The notes under the pieces were generated by a model. That model worked only from the letters and a program-made list of their open reading frames with translations, had not been told where the DNA came from and did no database searches. A stretch of DNA of 58,103 nt, the filler included, from Dirinaria sp. TL-2023a (taxonomy: Eukaryota), in NCBI GenBank assembly GCA_051941275.1. It is 4 parts of 4 records of this genome, joined end to end, with 100 filler letters (N's around TTAATTAATTAA, not from the genome) between each part and the next. Parts side by side here need not be neighbours in the genome. Positions count along the whole stretch, not along the records: positions 1 to 14,476 come from JAVEBF010000604.1; 3 more parts are not named here. The stretch is one strand, 5' to 3'. The position numbers and the translations under genes were made by a program. Below, one piece after another: positions 1 to 13,859 of this stretch; within the stretch, counting starts at the first letter, position 1, and the number at the start of each line of letters is the position of its first letter.

Positions 1-1344
1 GTATGGAAGGACGGTGTAGGTGCCTGTATCCCAAATGAGGAGGGAGCCAGTCTGAGCGGAGGCGCTTTCGATAAGGTGGTTCTGTGGAGGGGTTAGTGTG
101 TAATTTGTATTTGGTGGTTCATTTTCTGTTCATGGATTGGGAATTGGGTGGCGAGTGGGACATGTATCAGGATATTGTTGCACGAAATATATTGTCAGAT
201 AGCGGAAGCATTGTAGTATGATGTAGCTCGTAGGCTGCCTTCAGGGGTATGACGTGGACAATGCTTGGGCTAGATGGCCGACTCATACTCAGCATCAAGT
301 CGGCAAAGCGTCATGATGCTTAGCTCTATTACCTCAACGAGTGATACCTTGAACGAACTACTTGGTGTCTTCAGAGAAGGTTTGTAGCTCGATATCATTT
401 TAAGGATGTTGTATCAAGATCGTCGAGTAGGAAGAGAAAATGGGGTATTCAATCAAACAATCCGTTGCCGAAAAGAAAAGTTTGAGAGCCATCTCTGGGA
501 TTTTTTCTATAAGGAATGGATTTGATGGAACCATAAAGGGAGATCAGTAGAAAACCCACCCAAAGATTATGAACCCTCGTCTCCGTAGCGTTCCTATTCA
601 ACCTTTTCGAATTCGGATTCCCAGGCAATCCATACATTATCGCAAAGCTAATAGAGCTGCTCTCAGAGATCTGAAGACGGAGGTCATAGTGCACACCTGA
701 CTTTCATCAGTCATTGTCTTTCCTCCCCCTAACTTCATTTGCCTCTCTTCTGCACAATTACGTCGAAAGCACTGCTGTTTAATCTAAAATTCAACCTCCA
801 ATAAAATTACAGAAGTGAAGAAGAACCCAAAAAAAGAAAAATGCAGTCGAAGAAAATCAGGCTGGAAAAAAAATATCTACTCAGGAAACGCAAAAAACAA
901 AAGGAACATACCAGCAACAGGATGATCATGCTGATGCACAACGAAATGGCTTCCACTTTTATGCTGGTTCCGCAGATACAATTCCCTGAACCCTTCAATC
1001 GACAGCAAAGCCCTCGCCCCAGCTCGGGGCGGTCTTATACACCGCGAAAGGCGTGAAGAGAAATACTCGAGATGATCACCAATTCGAGCTGTGCCAGCTT
1101 CTATCGCCGCGGGTGTGGGCTCTGCAGAGCAAGAGTCCGCTGGGGCTTGCTTGCCGTCCTTCGCTGCTGGGGATTTTGCAACGCTGCTACGCTGACGCTT
1201 TGCAGGATGGAAATACGGTGGGGGCGAAATAGGGGCTTCGAGGGAAGTTTGAGGTGGACTTCGTGCGTTGGCGCTTGGCTCTGCGCACTCGAAGCTGGAT
1301 AGGGATGAACCGGACGATTGAGAGTTTCGGGTCCATTGATCCAT
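1..1344 (-). CDS. Stand-alone DNA ligase D-type 3'-phosphoesterase (LigD PE / LigD_N domain) protein, 3'-truncated by window/contig start
   Basis: Exons 1344-912, 696-560 and 81-1; GT-AG introns 911-697 and 559-82, the latter with a CTAAC branch point. Spliced protein reads ...HFVVHQHDHPVAG|VHYDLRLQISESSSISFAIMYGLPGNPNSKRLNRNATETRVHNLW|NHLIESASAQTGSLLIWDTGTYTVLPY. This matches the PE motifs FVxQxH...HYDxRL, KRL, H and IWDxGTY. Confidence 0.85.
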
Positions 1345-1776
1345 AATCTTCCTTGGATAATTGGCTTCTGCGCTCTGTGTGTAGGGTATTTTGGAATCTA
1401 CATCAGTTCAAGCTTAAGACTTTAGCTACGGGTTGGTTCAGGGTTATTCAGTTTGAAGTAACATCTTCATACAAGTTGATGCCAAGGAAACTATCTTCGG
1501 AGGCTTTGATCGATTCATTGAAGCAGAGTTCCAGGTAGCCGATGTGGCTTCAGAATCTGTAAAATTGACTCTAAAAGATTTCATTGCTGGAACATGCACA
1601 TAGCAAGAACTATTATTACAACTCAGCTTTCACTCTTCAGCTCATCCTCATTGCCTCTGAGAGTCATGGCAAACATCTTCTCTTTGCTCAATTAACCAAC
1701 AAAGGAAATGAAAGGCTCGATCGCGCATCCTGCATTGGGTATAAATTAACCGCGTCTCGACTGTCATACTGCTGGT

Positions 1777-3273
1777 CTAAGCAGCCTGAGCCCTCTCTTC
1801 TTCCCGTCCCCTGTCCTCGGGATGGTGGGTCTCTGCTGCCTCCTCCTCTTCCTCCTCTTCCTCTTCCTCACCTTCATCGGCATACTCGCGATGAGTACCG
1901 GCAGGAACCCAGAGACCGCTCTCGCGGTCTTTCATGTTCGTATCTTGGCCACTGAGGTCGACACCTCCACCCGCAACGCGGTCTTTACGTCGCTGAGAAA
2001 GAGTGCGTGCGCGAGTGCTGAGCTTGGAGCTTACAGCTGCATTGGCCGTGACCCAATTCGTGAGGGCATCTTCGCAGTCTTGGATGATACTATGGAGGAG
2101 ATGTCAGTAATGACGCTTCAGTAGTCCTGTAGATATTGACTTACGCCTTGCTGGCTTCATATCCATCATACGCCTGGCGGGTTTCACCAGGAGTGACAGG
2201 TGTATCGTCAACAAGCTCGAGGAGGTGCTTGCCATACCCTGCGATGATCGCCAATTTCTCGCTGTGCTCACGGAGAGCGTCGAATTGGTAAGTAAACGCA
2301 GCCTTGAGCTTCTCACGGGTGATGTTGGAAAGCTGGGCCTCGGCTACAAGCGATTCTGCCTCAGCACGAACGAGCTCCTGCTCGAGGACAACGATACGAG
2401 GGCTATTGGGCTCCTTGTACTTGAGCTGGGCAATCTGGTCGGTGATCTTCTGCTTGCGGTCTCTGCTTGGCTGAACCGAAGCTTCAATGTTGCGGATGCT
2501 CTTGATAGTTACGCGGTATTGGTCATAGCGGTCCACGAACTGGTCCTCGAGCTCGCCCACTTCATAGATAAGGACACCTAGCTTGTCCGTGACATCTGAG
2601 ACGTCGTCGTCACATGCTTCGCCCCAGATGGAGAGTTGTTGCTTTGCCAGTCAGTGACCGAAATTGTTGCCATGCTCAATTTTTACTTACAGCAACCTCC
2701 ATACGCTCTCTGCCGACAAGCTCCATGCTCCGCATGACGTTCTTCTCCATCTTCACCAATGTGGACAGCTTCTTCGCAAGATCGGGGCCGAAGGCTCCAG
2801 CGGTAGTTTTGCGGAATGCATGACCTGAAGTGAATCATACTGATTAGTCTTGTTACTGCCTTTGATGAGTTTCTTGCAACGAGGGGTAGCCTCAAGGAGG
2901 TGTAGCGCGCAGAACAGTCCAATTTCGACAAGCTTGAAGTATGCGCCAGGACTTATAAGTCCATGCTGAAAGCCATTGCTCTTGAAAGATGATATGTTGA
3001 GGCAGTTCTTGCGACGTTGGACTCGACCTCGGTTCACGTGTCAAAGTAATTTCCGATCTCGACCGTTCATGCTGCAGCCGAGGCTGGCGAAGCACAGGCA
3101 TTGAGAGAAATTGAAATGACACAGCAACATAATGGAAGTAATTGTGGTAACTCACCGACACTGGACTTGCCAAAGAAGCGGCCAGATTTGGTGGAGGACT
3201 GGGGCGGGGGTGGGTTCTGTATCTGCGAGGCTGTAGGAGCGCGCGATTGGCGCATAGAATAGGTGCGATGCAT
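1777..3273 (-). CDS. PIL1: Eisosome BAR-domain protein Pil1/Lsp1 (sphingolipid LCB-responsive protein)
   Basis: MHRTYSMRQSRAPTASQIQNPPPP, AGAFGPDLAKKLS, DKLGVLIYEVGELEDQFVDRYDQYR, LEQELVRAEAESLVAEAQLSNITR and TPGETRQAYDGYEASK are near-identical to the Pil1/Lsp1 family. Four exons, acidic C-terminal tail, TAG at 1779-1777. Confidence 0.96.
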
Positions 3274-4186
3274 GATGGTTGATGGAGCGTGCAGTCAGTG
3301 ATGTGTGTTTGTGCGTATCTCCGTAAAAGAGGTCTGTTCGAAGGAGGAGGAGTCAGTAACAAGTCCGAATATTTGAAGTTGTTGCAAGAGTGTCTTCGTC
3401 GACGTTGCCCTTTCCCAGCTTGCGGCTGTGACGTTTGAGCCAAGAGCGCAGCGCGGCGTTTGGTTCGTGCGACGGTGAGCGTCGCCTATGGGAATATTGG
3501 GGGCCTTCACAACGGTGTCGGAGTAAGGGAAGAAATGAATGGTACCTACTATTTCTTTTGCTTGTGATCGATTGTCACGAAGACAGTAAGCAGAAGAATT
3601 GAGAAGAAAGTGAGGAAGATTGCAGAGGGACGAGGAGGTTCCGTTTGCTGTTGGCTGCGCGCGCTAATCGAAACGTGGCTAAAGTTGTCGGGGAGATGCA
3701 ACAAGAGGCACAACAAGCCACTTAAGCACTTAGGTTGCCTCAAGCTGTTCTGACATCATCCCCTCGGTCCTTCTCATCCTCCGTTGCATGGCTTGATAGG
3801 CCGATGGCGTGCATGGCTCGCTTCACGCCGAGGACTCGGCGCCCTCGGAAGTAATTCAGCAAGGTGACCTCCTGAGGTATCGTTCCCACACAAATTATTA
3901 CTTGACGTGTCACATCCTCGTCTCCCACTTGCAGTAGGATTGTTGCCGGCAATGCGCATGCTCAAAGTAAAGTAAAATATCGCTACATACTAAATGCTCT
4001 CTGGTGCGATGCCAATTTTTTATTTAGCATTGGATTACCAAAGCAAGTTCATATCCTAAGCAGCTGTGATCCAGCCATGTCCAAAGTCTGTGCCTTCAGT
4101 ATGCCTCGAAGCCCGCCCTTCCAGCGCCCTGCTAATGCCACTTGAATACCGGCGATCCCTAAACTAGTCGCGCGATCATGTCTCCT

Positions 4187-6579
4187 TCAAGCTTCGGGCT
4201 GACCTTCTGGTTTAACCAGTGTGGGCGCAACCCTCCTCTTTTTCGGCTGTCCCGTCTGCTCTTCCTTCTCCGACTCGCTGGCATCCCTCTTTCCTAAAAT
4301 ACTACCGCTGATCGAGCTGGGACCGCTGACCGTGCCAGCCATGGGCGTTTGGGGTGGGGTGGTCCAAGGTAGGCCCGAGAACGACGAGCTACCCGCAGCA
4401 ACTGAGGGGACGGTACCCACAGATGGCGTAGGGTTACTGGTGACAAGGCCCTGTTGCGTAGCGACAGACGAATTCGAATTGGATCGTGTAGGGCTGGGCG
4501 GCCGGATTGCGGACTGCTGCAAGCTCGGCGTGGTGCTGCGTGCAGGCGTGGGTACGGGAGAGTTGGATGGCACAAAGCCGGGTGGAGGCTGCTTCTCCAC
4601 GAAAGGAGGTGCTGTGCCTACGATGGGTGTCGGCGTTGGTGTGGCATGTGCCGATGATGCTGTGGAGACGACGGGAGAAGGATGGTGTGCAGTTGGTACG
4701 TGTCCGGTGTAGATTTGGCCCAGTTCCCCTGGTGCAAAGGAGAGATTGGAGCAGAAGCCGTCTGAAGAGCTCATGAGGAGCGTGAGACCATCATTGGACC
4801 TGCAATGAATTAGTACTTTGCATGTCCGAAAAAAGGCTTCGTTCCTTGCTCACCATGTGACATCTGTAAAGGTTGCATAATGTAGGTTGCTCACAACGAC
4901 CAATGGCGTTTGCTGCTGCGTATCATAGACTAGGACTGCATCTTGTGTCGCCACGGCGTATACTATTCGATAAGGCAATGCAAATGCTGGATTGGGTCCT
5001 GATGGTGGGCCTGGTGCGTCAATATCCGTTGATCTAGGAGAAGACGATGGCCTTGGGAGTTCCCCAGGCGAAGGCATCGTAGGATTCGTAGACGGCGGGG
5101 GTTCCATAGCTGAATGCGTGGTTGGGGCTTTTGAAGGAACCACAGGCTCCGGAAGGTCACCTATTGGCTCCTCTGCAGAGGAGGTGTCCATCGTAATTTG
5201 AGCGGTAGGCTTTAATCCTAGGCGGTGAGTGTAGAACACCGGCGAGCATTTAACGGCAATTGAAGGCTTCTTATGACCTGGAAGATGAGCTATTGGAGGC
5301 CGATTGAGTCCTGCTCTCGTGTAGATGTACACGGTGTTGACAACGTCATCGCTTGCCTTGACTCCCTCGAGATGAGGTGTACGGTATTGACCAGCAGGCG
5401 TAAACAAAAGACTGCCATCAGGAGCGAAGGTCAGGCGACGAAAGAAGGAAGTATGAGTCTCGTTGACGTATATACTGGCGTTTTTGATTCCTATGCCGCT
5501 TCCTAAATACGGGTTCGGTGAGTTCTCCATAGGTCGTACAGCTGGTAATGGCATCGACGGTGCTGGCGAAGCCGAGCGCCGCATGGAAGGCGAGGATCCG
5601 AAGGAAGAACGGCGACTATGAGAAATGATAGGAGGGTTCATCGGGAGTGCCAAAGAGGTTGGTGTCCCAGGCATGGAAGGTGAAGGTGATGCAGGTGCTA
5701 GCGATGCCGATTCGGGGCCCGTTGACCGTGCAGTAAGCTCGTTAGGTGCTGGGCTACCAGAGGATATTCTTCGTCCTGGCAAATCCATTTTCGTGACTTT
5801 GTTGTGCGGGTTGAGCGTAAATTGGCCGTCCTTTGTTTTCAGGTTGTAAATGTGTACTGAGCGGTCAGAGGACTGGGTAGCGATATACTCATTTAGTGGA
5901 TCCCAAGCCACGCCTTGCACGTAGTGATTATGCTCAGCTATTTGGCGAATCATTTGACCTGGACTTTGTAAGCTCCAATTTCCAGGTGTCCACGGAATTG
6001 ACACACGGACCAGTCTGAGCGCTGTATATCCGGGCAACGTTATCCATGCTACCTGTGATGAAGAAGACCCCATCTGGCGACCAAGCAAGGTCATATATTT
6101 CCGAGCCGGAAGACCGACACATGTGCTTGATCCTCCACGACTCCTTGTCTTCCACAGTATCCTCACCAAAAGCGGACGCGTTGCCGTGCAAATCAGAAGG
6201 CACCCATAACAAAGTGTTACCGTCATCTCCTGCGGTTGCTAGCATTTCACCTGTAACCTCTTAGCGGATAATGAACCAATTGACCAAATGCAACGCACCT
6301 CGTGGGGCAAACCGGACGACATTGACAGCTTGCGTATGCTATTGTGAGAGATCAGCTATTGCGTGCCTAGAAATCCGAAGTGGAGCCTCGTCTCACCTTG
6401 GCCAAGGTGGTCAAATATGTAATAGTCCGATCTTCTCCTTCTTTTTCGACTTTCCACAGGCGAACATTGTTGTCTCCTCCAGCTGTGGCTAAACGTCCCT
6501 TGCCATGCGGCTCAAAGTGAGCCGAGTATATTGGGGTGTTATCATTGTGCCAGGAGATGAGGAGGGGTGATGCCTTCAT
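4187..6579 (-). CDS. CAC2: Chromatin assembly factor 1 subunit B (p60, WD40)
   Basis: MKASPLLISWH...RLATAGGDNNVRLW, HTQAVNVVRF, EIYDLAWSPDG, HNHYVQGVAWDPLNEYIATQSSDR, FFRRLTFAPDGSLLFTPAG, NLHYATFTDVTWSNDG. The C-terminal KKRRVAPTLV resembles the Asf1-binding B-domain motif. Five exons. Confidence 0.95.
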
Positions 6580-8536
6580 TGTCCTGACCCTGAGCTACAG
6601 CGGGTCGATTATGAGCCTTATATCGAGAGGTAGATTGTGGAATTCTTTGGAGAGCTGTGGATCGCAATTGACGGCCGTTGTTGCTCTCGTCGTTTCATGC
6701 AAAGGGGATGTTGGGGCCGTGGAAGCGTGGAAGCGCTTAGTAGAGGAGTAGAACGATTCCGACGCGGCCCAAGAACCGTGAACCATCAGTCCAAAGAGTC
6801 TCTCTCGAAAAGTGGCATCTGTTGCGAGAATATTTCGCAGCAGTGGAAGAATAGAAAGGAAAGTTGTAACGTGATCTCCAGACTGTGAAGTCTGATGGCA
6901 GCGGAGGGCAGAGCAGCTTCTCCGCACTGAATGGGGCCGCGTTCACCTAAAGACCTTCTTAGTCTCCTCGCCTCCTAGCGTGGTTTCAGTGCCAAGCTAT
7001 CGGACCTTACTACGGAGTGCCAGTATGTCCTCCTGCACCTTTCGTCAAAGCGTAGCATTCATTAAGGTATTATCAATTGCGATCCCTCTCCTACCTTACC
7101 GTAATTCCTTCAAGGTAAGGTGCCTACCTTATCATGCTATGATTCTGACATCTCAGCAACTTTAATCTCAGCGATTTCGTATATTCATGAACGCTCTCTG
7201 TCTCAATAACTACACACTTGATAGCCAAATAAGATTAGGAAGGGCCATGTGCCGGCTATCATTAATGACAAATACGCTGCTTATTACAAGATGTTACGTG
7301 TTTTGGGATTAATCTGTGGTGCCTTTGAGACTCGGTTGGTCATGAGTGTCGCATGGGTACTGAGAAATGCAGTACCGAATCGACTTTTTTTTGGGTGATA
7401 TATTGTCTCTACATTCTCACGCATCAAGGCAGGAATTGGATCGGTGCGGTAAAAATGTGCCGACTAGCAAATACCGCTGCTGATGGGCTTTAGGATTTGT
7501 CTTACCTCACAGAAGGTCTTTCGGTGTCTTCGAAGGCTCCTAAGCCTTCTACGCTATGTGTACGTAGTAGGAGCCTTAAATATCTAAAACTAAAGTAGGT
7601 AGGAACTGCCATGCTGCTTGTAGTTTGGTCACGCAATTACTCTCTATTCGTCGAACCATGGACCACCTCACTCAGGTACCAAGGCACGGAAGAGGTTCGA
7701 GGCGGATCTTGAGACTTGTCTAGGTCCCGCATTGAATTCAATGGCACTCCACATAAATTGGCCCTTTAACGCAAACTCTTAGTTTAGCCATGGACTCCAG
7801 GACTATGTACAAGGCTGTAAAAACCGATCAGCGTTAAGCTTTTTATGGACGCGTTCCAAGTACTCCGTAGCGTAATTGGCGAGAAGAGATGCAGCGTCGG
7901 GTTCAGCCAGGCCCAATGACTGCTCATACTAACGAGGTCCTTGCAGTGCTCCTACTTCAGGAAGGGTTCTGATAAGCTGCGTCTATCGGGGATGTAGAGC
8001 GAGGGCCGAGTTAATGCCAGATCCTGCGGGAGAAGAAATATCCATGAATCATTGATGTACTGGACATGATTAATTGGGGGCAGAAGAGACCGGAATGAGG
8101 AGCGGTTCAACACTTAAAGTGCGACCTCAGCCCCGTGCGTGGGCGCTAGAGGTAGTTGCCGGGAATCTACTTTGAGCGAGCTATGAGCCTACCTACCTTA
8201 TGCGACTGTAGATACATATTTTAGCTTCTGGTACAGTCATCTAGTTACATGCGTAACATGTATCTGGCAATCCTTTCCCCGCTTCGTCAGACTTTCCTCC
8301 GTTTGTCGTGACAGCTGCAGGCAATCAACAAACCTTATTCAAGTGGTGGAATGACATGCAAAATGATAGTACGGTGTGATGTCAGTTGTTCTATCAGTCA
8401 TCATTGACACGGTCTCCAAATTCCAGTTCTGCTGTGGCAATCTCGATCCGCCTTCATACAAGTATCAGCTCACTACTCTCGTTCAAAAAATTCATATGGG
8501 GCCGTGCAATTGGAACTTGATTGCTACAGCCAAACT

Positions 8537-11500
8537 ATGACTCAAGCTCTATTGGCAGTCTCAGCGCTAAGCACTTCCATTGTTGCTCTGATTGCTCTTC
8601 GGGTCCTCTGGACTTCCAGAAGGACTCCTACCAGTGAAGCGCACAAGCTCTATCGAGACAAAGATGGCGTTGCTACCGAAGGATCGCAAAGGCAGTATTT
8701 CTACTTCGTTCGCATCGCCAAATTCCTCTTGCTTGCGATCTGGGCTGTCGGGCTTTCTGTGTCACTCGGAGCGTCGATAGCACGTACTGCTGTTTCGGCA
8801 ACTACCCGAACAGTCGAAAGCTGGTTGGCATTTGCGGCTTGGGTGGGAATGTCGAGAACCAGACTTGCGCGAGATATGACTAACAATGATGATAGGGATT
8901 CCTTTTCTTGCCGCTTTTCGTTCTTGTTCTCGAACGCAGACCTCTCGAGATCTTCTATTCATCGCTCGCCAATGCTTTCGCAGTGACTCTCATAGCTCTC
9001 TGTCTCCTTCTCAATAGTGCTTTTTCCCGTTGGAACTCGTCGTCAAGCGATGGATACGATATTTCTTTCGCTCTGGATGCTGTGCAATTCGGGGCGGCGA
9101 TCATATCCATGCTGCTGTGTGCGCTTCTCAAACGCAGACCTGATGTATATATTGGAGGACATGCCGTTGATAGGCAATATACCACATCTTTGTTTGGTCG
9201 CTGGACCTTCAGCTGGATCAGTGGGCTGCTTGCTTTCGCTAAGGCTGAAAAGGGGCTAGACCTAGAGCATCTGCCAAAATTGCATCTCAATGTACGCTCT
9301 GGGTATTTACACGATCAAATCAGTGGTTTGGGGGAGCAACGCCACTTGTGGAAAACACTTGTTCTAGTGCATTACAAAGAGGCTCTCTTCCAAACGCTCT
9401 TTACCGTGGCACAAGCTGCCGTACAATTTATTCCATCATATGCATTGTATGGACTTCTGAATCTACTGGAGCAGAGGTCAGCAGGGGGATCAGTCGATAG
9501 AGGTGCGTGGGCTTGGATCTTGGGACTAGGGCTCTCCTTGATCTTAGCATCATCGATGGAAACCTGGCTCTTCTGGATTGTTTGTAAGCAATTTGTTCAC
9601 TTGCTCCTCGACTTGCATTGACAGAGTCATTAGGGGCTCGACTCGGTGCCCTTATCCGCTCCGAGCTCTCGGCAATGATATTTACCAAGGCAACTCGCAG
9701 AAAGGACGTCAAACATGTGAGTAAAGTGAAAGCTTCTGAGGCTTCGACAAGCGGTTTGAGTCAATCGCTTGAGCTAAACCAGCCCATCAATGAGCCACAC
9801 AAAGACGGATCATCGATTAAAACTGACCAGGAAGAGTTGGACCACGGTGAGGATATGCAGAAAAGCCGTCAGGCAACCATCAACCTTGTTGGTAAGCTCA
9901 GAGAATAGAGGCCCACAAAATTTTAATTGCGCTAATTAAACACAGGTGTCGACACCAAAAGAGTGGCAGATTTCACAACATACTACTATCTGTTTCCGCT
10001 CACTGCGACCAAATTGATTGTTAGCATTTTATTTTTGGTCCAGATGATTGGGTGGAGGGCGGTGCTGGCTGGTTTTGCTGTGTTCATTATTTCATTACCG
10101 CTAAATATCTATGCATCCAGAGCTTATGGAGACAACCAGGGGAAGCTGATGAACGTGCGCGATCGAAAGATGGTATGAGAGGCTGCTCTCTAAAGCTCTG
10201 TCATGGCACACTAACCTTTCCCAGGTCGTGATTACAGAGGCTCTACAAGGAATCCGTCAGATCAAGTTCTCGGCGCTCGAACGGCAATGGCAATCCACTA
10301 TCGCTGAGACAAGATCGGAAGAACTGACAAAGCAGTGGACATTGTTTTGCTTGGACGCGACTCTGTCCTTCATATGGATACTAGGACCAGTCATGCTGAG
10401 TGCCGTAGCACTAGCCGTGTAAGGAATACCTTCCGTTGTGGGAACCTCGCTGATTCGCCATAGGTATGCACTGCTCTACGGCAACCTGGGTCCTGCAGTA
10501 GCATTCACAACCATCACAGTGTTCGCACAAATCGAGTTGGCGCTCGCTGTTGTCCCAGAGCTGGTGGCCGACGCTCTGGAGGCTTGGGTGAGCGTAAAGC
10601 GTATAGACACGTTCTTAAGGGCACCCGAAAGGGAAGAATACATCCGTCCCGCTCCAGAGATAACTCTGGAAGATGCTTCTATTGCTTGGCCCTCTGATGA
10701 CACTAATACTGACCGTTTTGCGCTACGAAAAGTCAACGTCAGATTTCCTAAACATAAGCTGAGTGTCATCTCGGGCCAAACGGGTTCGGGGAAGTCCCTA
10801 CTTCTTGCAGCAATTATTGGTGAGGCCGACAGGCTTTCCGGCACAGTAAAAGTCCCCAAGGCGCCTCCGGCTAACGAGCGACACGATTTCAAGGCCAACA
10901 GAAGCGATTGGCTAATTGACTCGGCGATTGCCTTTGTTTCACAACTATCCTTCGTCGAGAACGCTTCTGTCAAGGAGAATATTCTGTTCGGTCTTCCATA
11001 CGATGCAGGTCGATATAAAAAGGTGCTTTCGGCCTGTGCACTTACAAAAGACCTTGATATGCTAGAAGACGGCGACAACACAGATATTGGAGCGAACGGC
11101 ATAAACCTAAGCGGAGGCCAGAAGTGGAGGCTATCGTTTGCTCGCGCACTGTACTCTCGCGCCGGCATTCTTGTGCTTGACGATATTTTCAGTGCCGTTG
11201 ATGCGCACGTTGGTCGCCTTTTGTTTGAGGAAGCGCTCACTGGTGAGCTTGGTGTATCGCGAACTCGTATACTAGTTACGCATCACATCGAGCTATGTCT
11301 GCCGGCCACGGATTATGCTGTATTACTCGCCGATGGTGCAGTGCGGCATGCTGGTTTCGTTGAAGACTTGCAGCATACCGGCTTATTTGGCCAGATCTCG
11401 AAAGAGACACATCAGGGGGAGAGCAGCGAAAGTGACAACGACCAAGCTGACATCGAAGACGGCTACGACATGAATACAGACCTAAGCAAAACATTAATGA

Positions 11501-13859
11501 AAGTCAGGACGACGGAGTCTACCGTGGATGAGGCCAAACCCAAAAGTCAACCGAAGAAATTCACGGAGGACGAGAAGAGAGAAACAGGTGCGATAAAAGT
11601 CTCGATCTACAAAGAATACCTGGGCACTTCTGGCGGTGTCTGGTTTTGGACCCCCATAATCATACTGTATGGAATGTACCAAGCACTACTTCTAGGACGG
11701 GTAGGTGATTTTTCTTACGTGGCATACTTAGCTGTCAATCGCAATGCTGATAAGAACTAGGCATGGTGGATTAGCTTATGGACAAGGTCCTACAGATCTG
11801 AATCCTTTGCGACGGCTAGGTATACGCCCTACGCTTCCAACGGCCTCGATAGTCCCACCGTATCGACAAATCACACAAACAAAAACGCCACCTTAGCTTT
11901 CTATCTGGGCATCTATGTTGGTATCTCTGTCGCCATTTGTGTGTTCGGTGTTTTGAGGTACTTTTTTGTCTACATGGGTTCACTAAACGCGTCGCGGCAT
12001 CTTTTCGAAAAACTCTCCTATACTGTCCTTCGAGCGCCGCTTAGATGGCTAGACACTGTGCCTGTCGGCCGCATCCTGAACAGGTTTACAGCCGACTTCG
12101 TGGTCGTGGATTCAAGGCTGGGAAAAGATCTAGGGTTTCTGTTATATCATTTGGTGCAACTGATCGGTATTATCGTTGCTGGCATCTTCGTATCCCCTTT
12201 CATGCTACTCTTTGCTCTCGTGTTACTGGCCCTTTGCGTATTTGTCGCAACGCATTATCTCGCTGGTGCGAGGGAAGTCAAGCGACTCGAAAGCACTTGC
12301 AAGAGCCCTATATTCGAGCAATTCGGGTCTGTGCTCTCCGGCCTCGGTGAGTCCTGCTCCAGGCTCCTCAGAGGAACAAAATTTTAAGAAAATGCAGGTA
12401 CAATTCGTGCGTTTGATAAAGTAGATCTATATGTTGAGAGGTGTGTACTGCCTCCGCTACTATGCACTTATGCGGTCGTACATTGTTATTGCTTATGCTA
12501 ATACACCACGGCGCAGGATGTTCAATAGGATTGATGAGCATGCTAGATCGTTTTGGTATCTTTGTGAGTATATTGCGTAATGGCATGCAATGAGCTCTGA
12601 CATTTCTATAGGGCTGTTCAATCGATGGCTTACTGTGAGATTGAATGCTATTGGAGTATGCTTTACTGTGGTAGTCGCAGCTATCATAGCAGGTACCGAC
12701 GGAATCGACGCTTCCTTGGCTGGTTTCGCGCTCTCTTTCGCCTTGCAGTACTCCAATGCAATCATCTGGGCCATCCGGCAGTACGCCAGCGTAGAGCTCG
12801 CTATGAACGCTACCGAACGTATCGTGGAATATTCCAACATACCTATAGAGGATCAGAATGGGCAAGGCGTTCCTGCTGCATGGCCTACGGAAGGTCGACT
12901 TGAGGTAGATGGCCTTGTCGCAGGATATGCACCGGATCTCCCACCAATTCTGAAGGGGCTGTCCTTTACAGTGGCGAAGAACGAGCGCGTTGGGGTCGTG
13001 GGTAGGACCGGAGCCGGCAAGTCGTCGTTGACGCTTGCGCTGTTCCGCTTTCTTTCAGCACGTGAAGGAAGGTCAGGACGGTCTTGGAATAGGTGAAGGA
13101 GCCATGGCTGACGACAACTTTAGCATTTACATCGACAACATTGATATCGCCAAAATTAAGCTCGAGGATCTCAGAAGTCGTCTAGCTATCATTCCTCAAG
13201 ATCCAGTTCTCTTCTCTGGTACTGTTCGTTCCAATCTAGACGCGTTCGACGAACGAACCGATTCAGAGCTTTTCGATGCTTTAGAGCGGGTCCATCTCAT
13301 TCGCACCGCTCGCCCAGCATCAAGGCAGGAGCTTGCGAGCGAAGTTACTGCGAATTCTGATACAGCGATCGACTCCAACACCAATATGTTCGATTCACTG
13401 TCATCGCCTATCAGCGAAGGCGGTCTGAATTTATCCCAGGGGCAGCGGCAGCTGCTCTGCCTTGCACGTGCGATCGTTTCTCGCCCCAAAATCATGGTCC
13501 TTGATGAAGCCACATCGGCTGTTGACGTAAATTCATTCCTCTTAGGACTTCGCAGTCACGCACGTAGAATAATAATACTAACGGATTTTTACTAGATGGC
13601 AACCGATTTCCTCATCCAACGGTCAATCCGTGAAGAGTTCCGAGACAGCACCTTGCTCGTCATCGCGCATCGGCTTTCCACCGTCGCGGATTTCGACAAG
13701 ATCCTCGTCATGGCCGACGGGAAGGTCGCGGAATTCGATACCCCGAAGGCGTTGCTGGAGAAGAGGGGCATGTTCCATGATATGGTTCAGCAGAGTGGAG
13801 AAAAATGGCGACTGGAGCAGATCATTGGAGAGGGGCAGGTAACAACGCAGCTTCCGTAG
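8537..13859 (+). CDS. ABCC/MRP-family ABC transporter (YBT1-like bile-acid/xenobiotic transporter)
   Basis: Two TMD-NBD halves. NBD1: [31 protein letters not shown]2: [47 protein letters not shown]. Multiple GT-AG introns join the listed ORFs in frame. Confidence 0.95.

Noticed and set aside
2860..2970. TGATGA...CTGA box C/D-like pair within PIL1 intron 1
   Set aside because: It is antisense to the host transcript, with no terminal stem or recognisable guide.
10476..11240. Long antisense ORFs (also 4221-4712, 50144-50698, 52430-52942, 57415-57792)
   Set aside because: Shadows of coding sequence on the opposite strand, with no motifs of their own.
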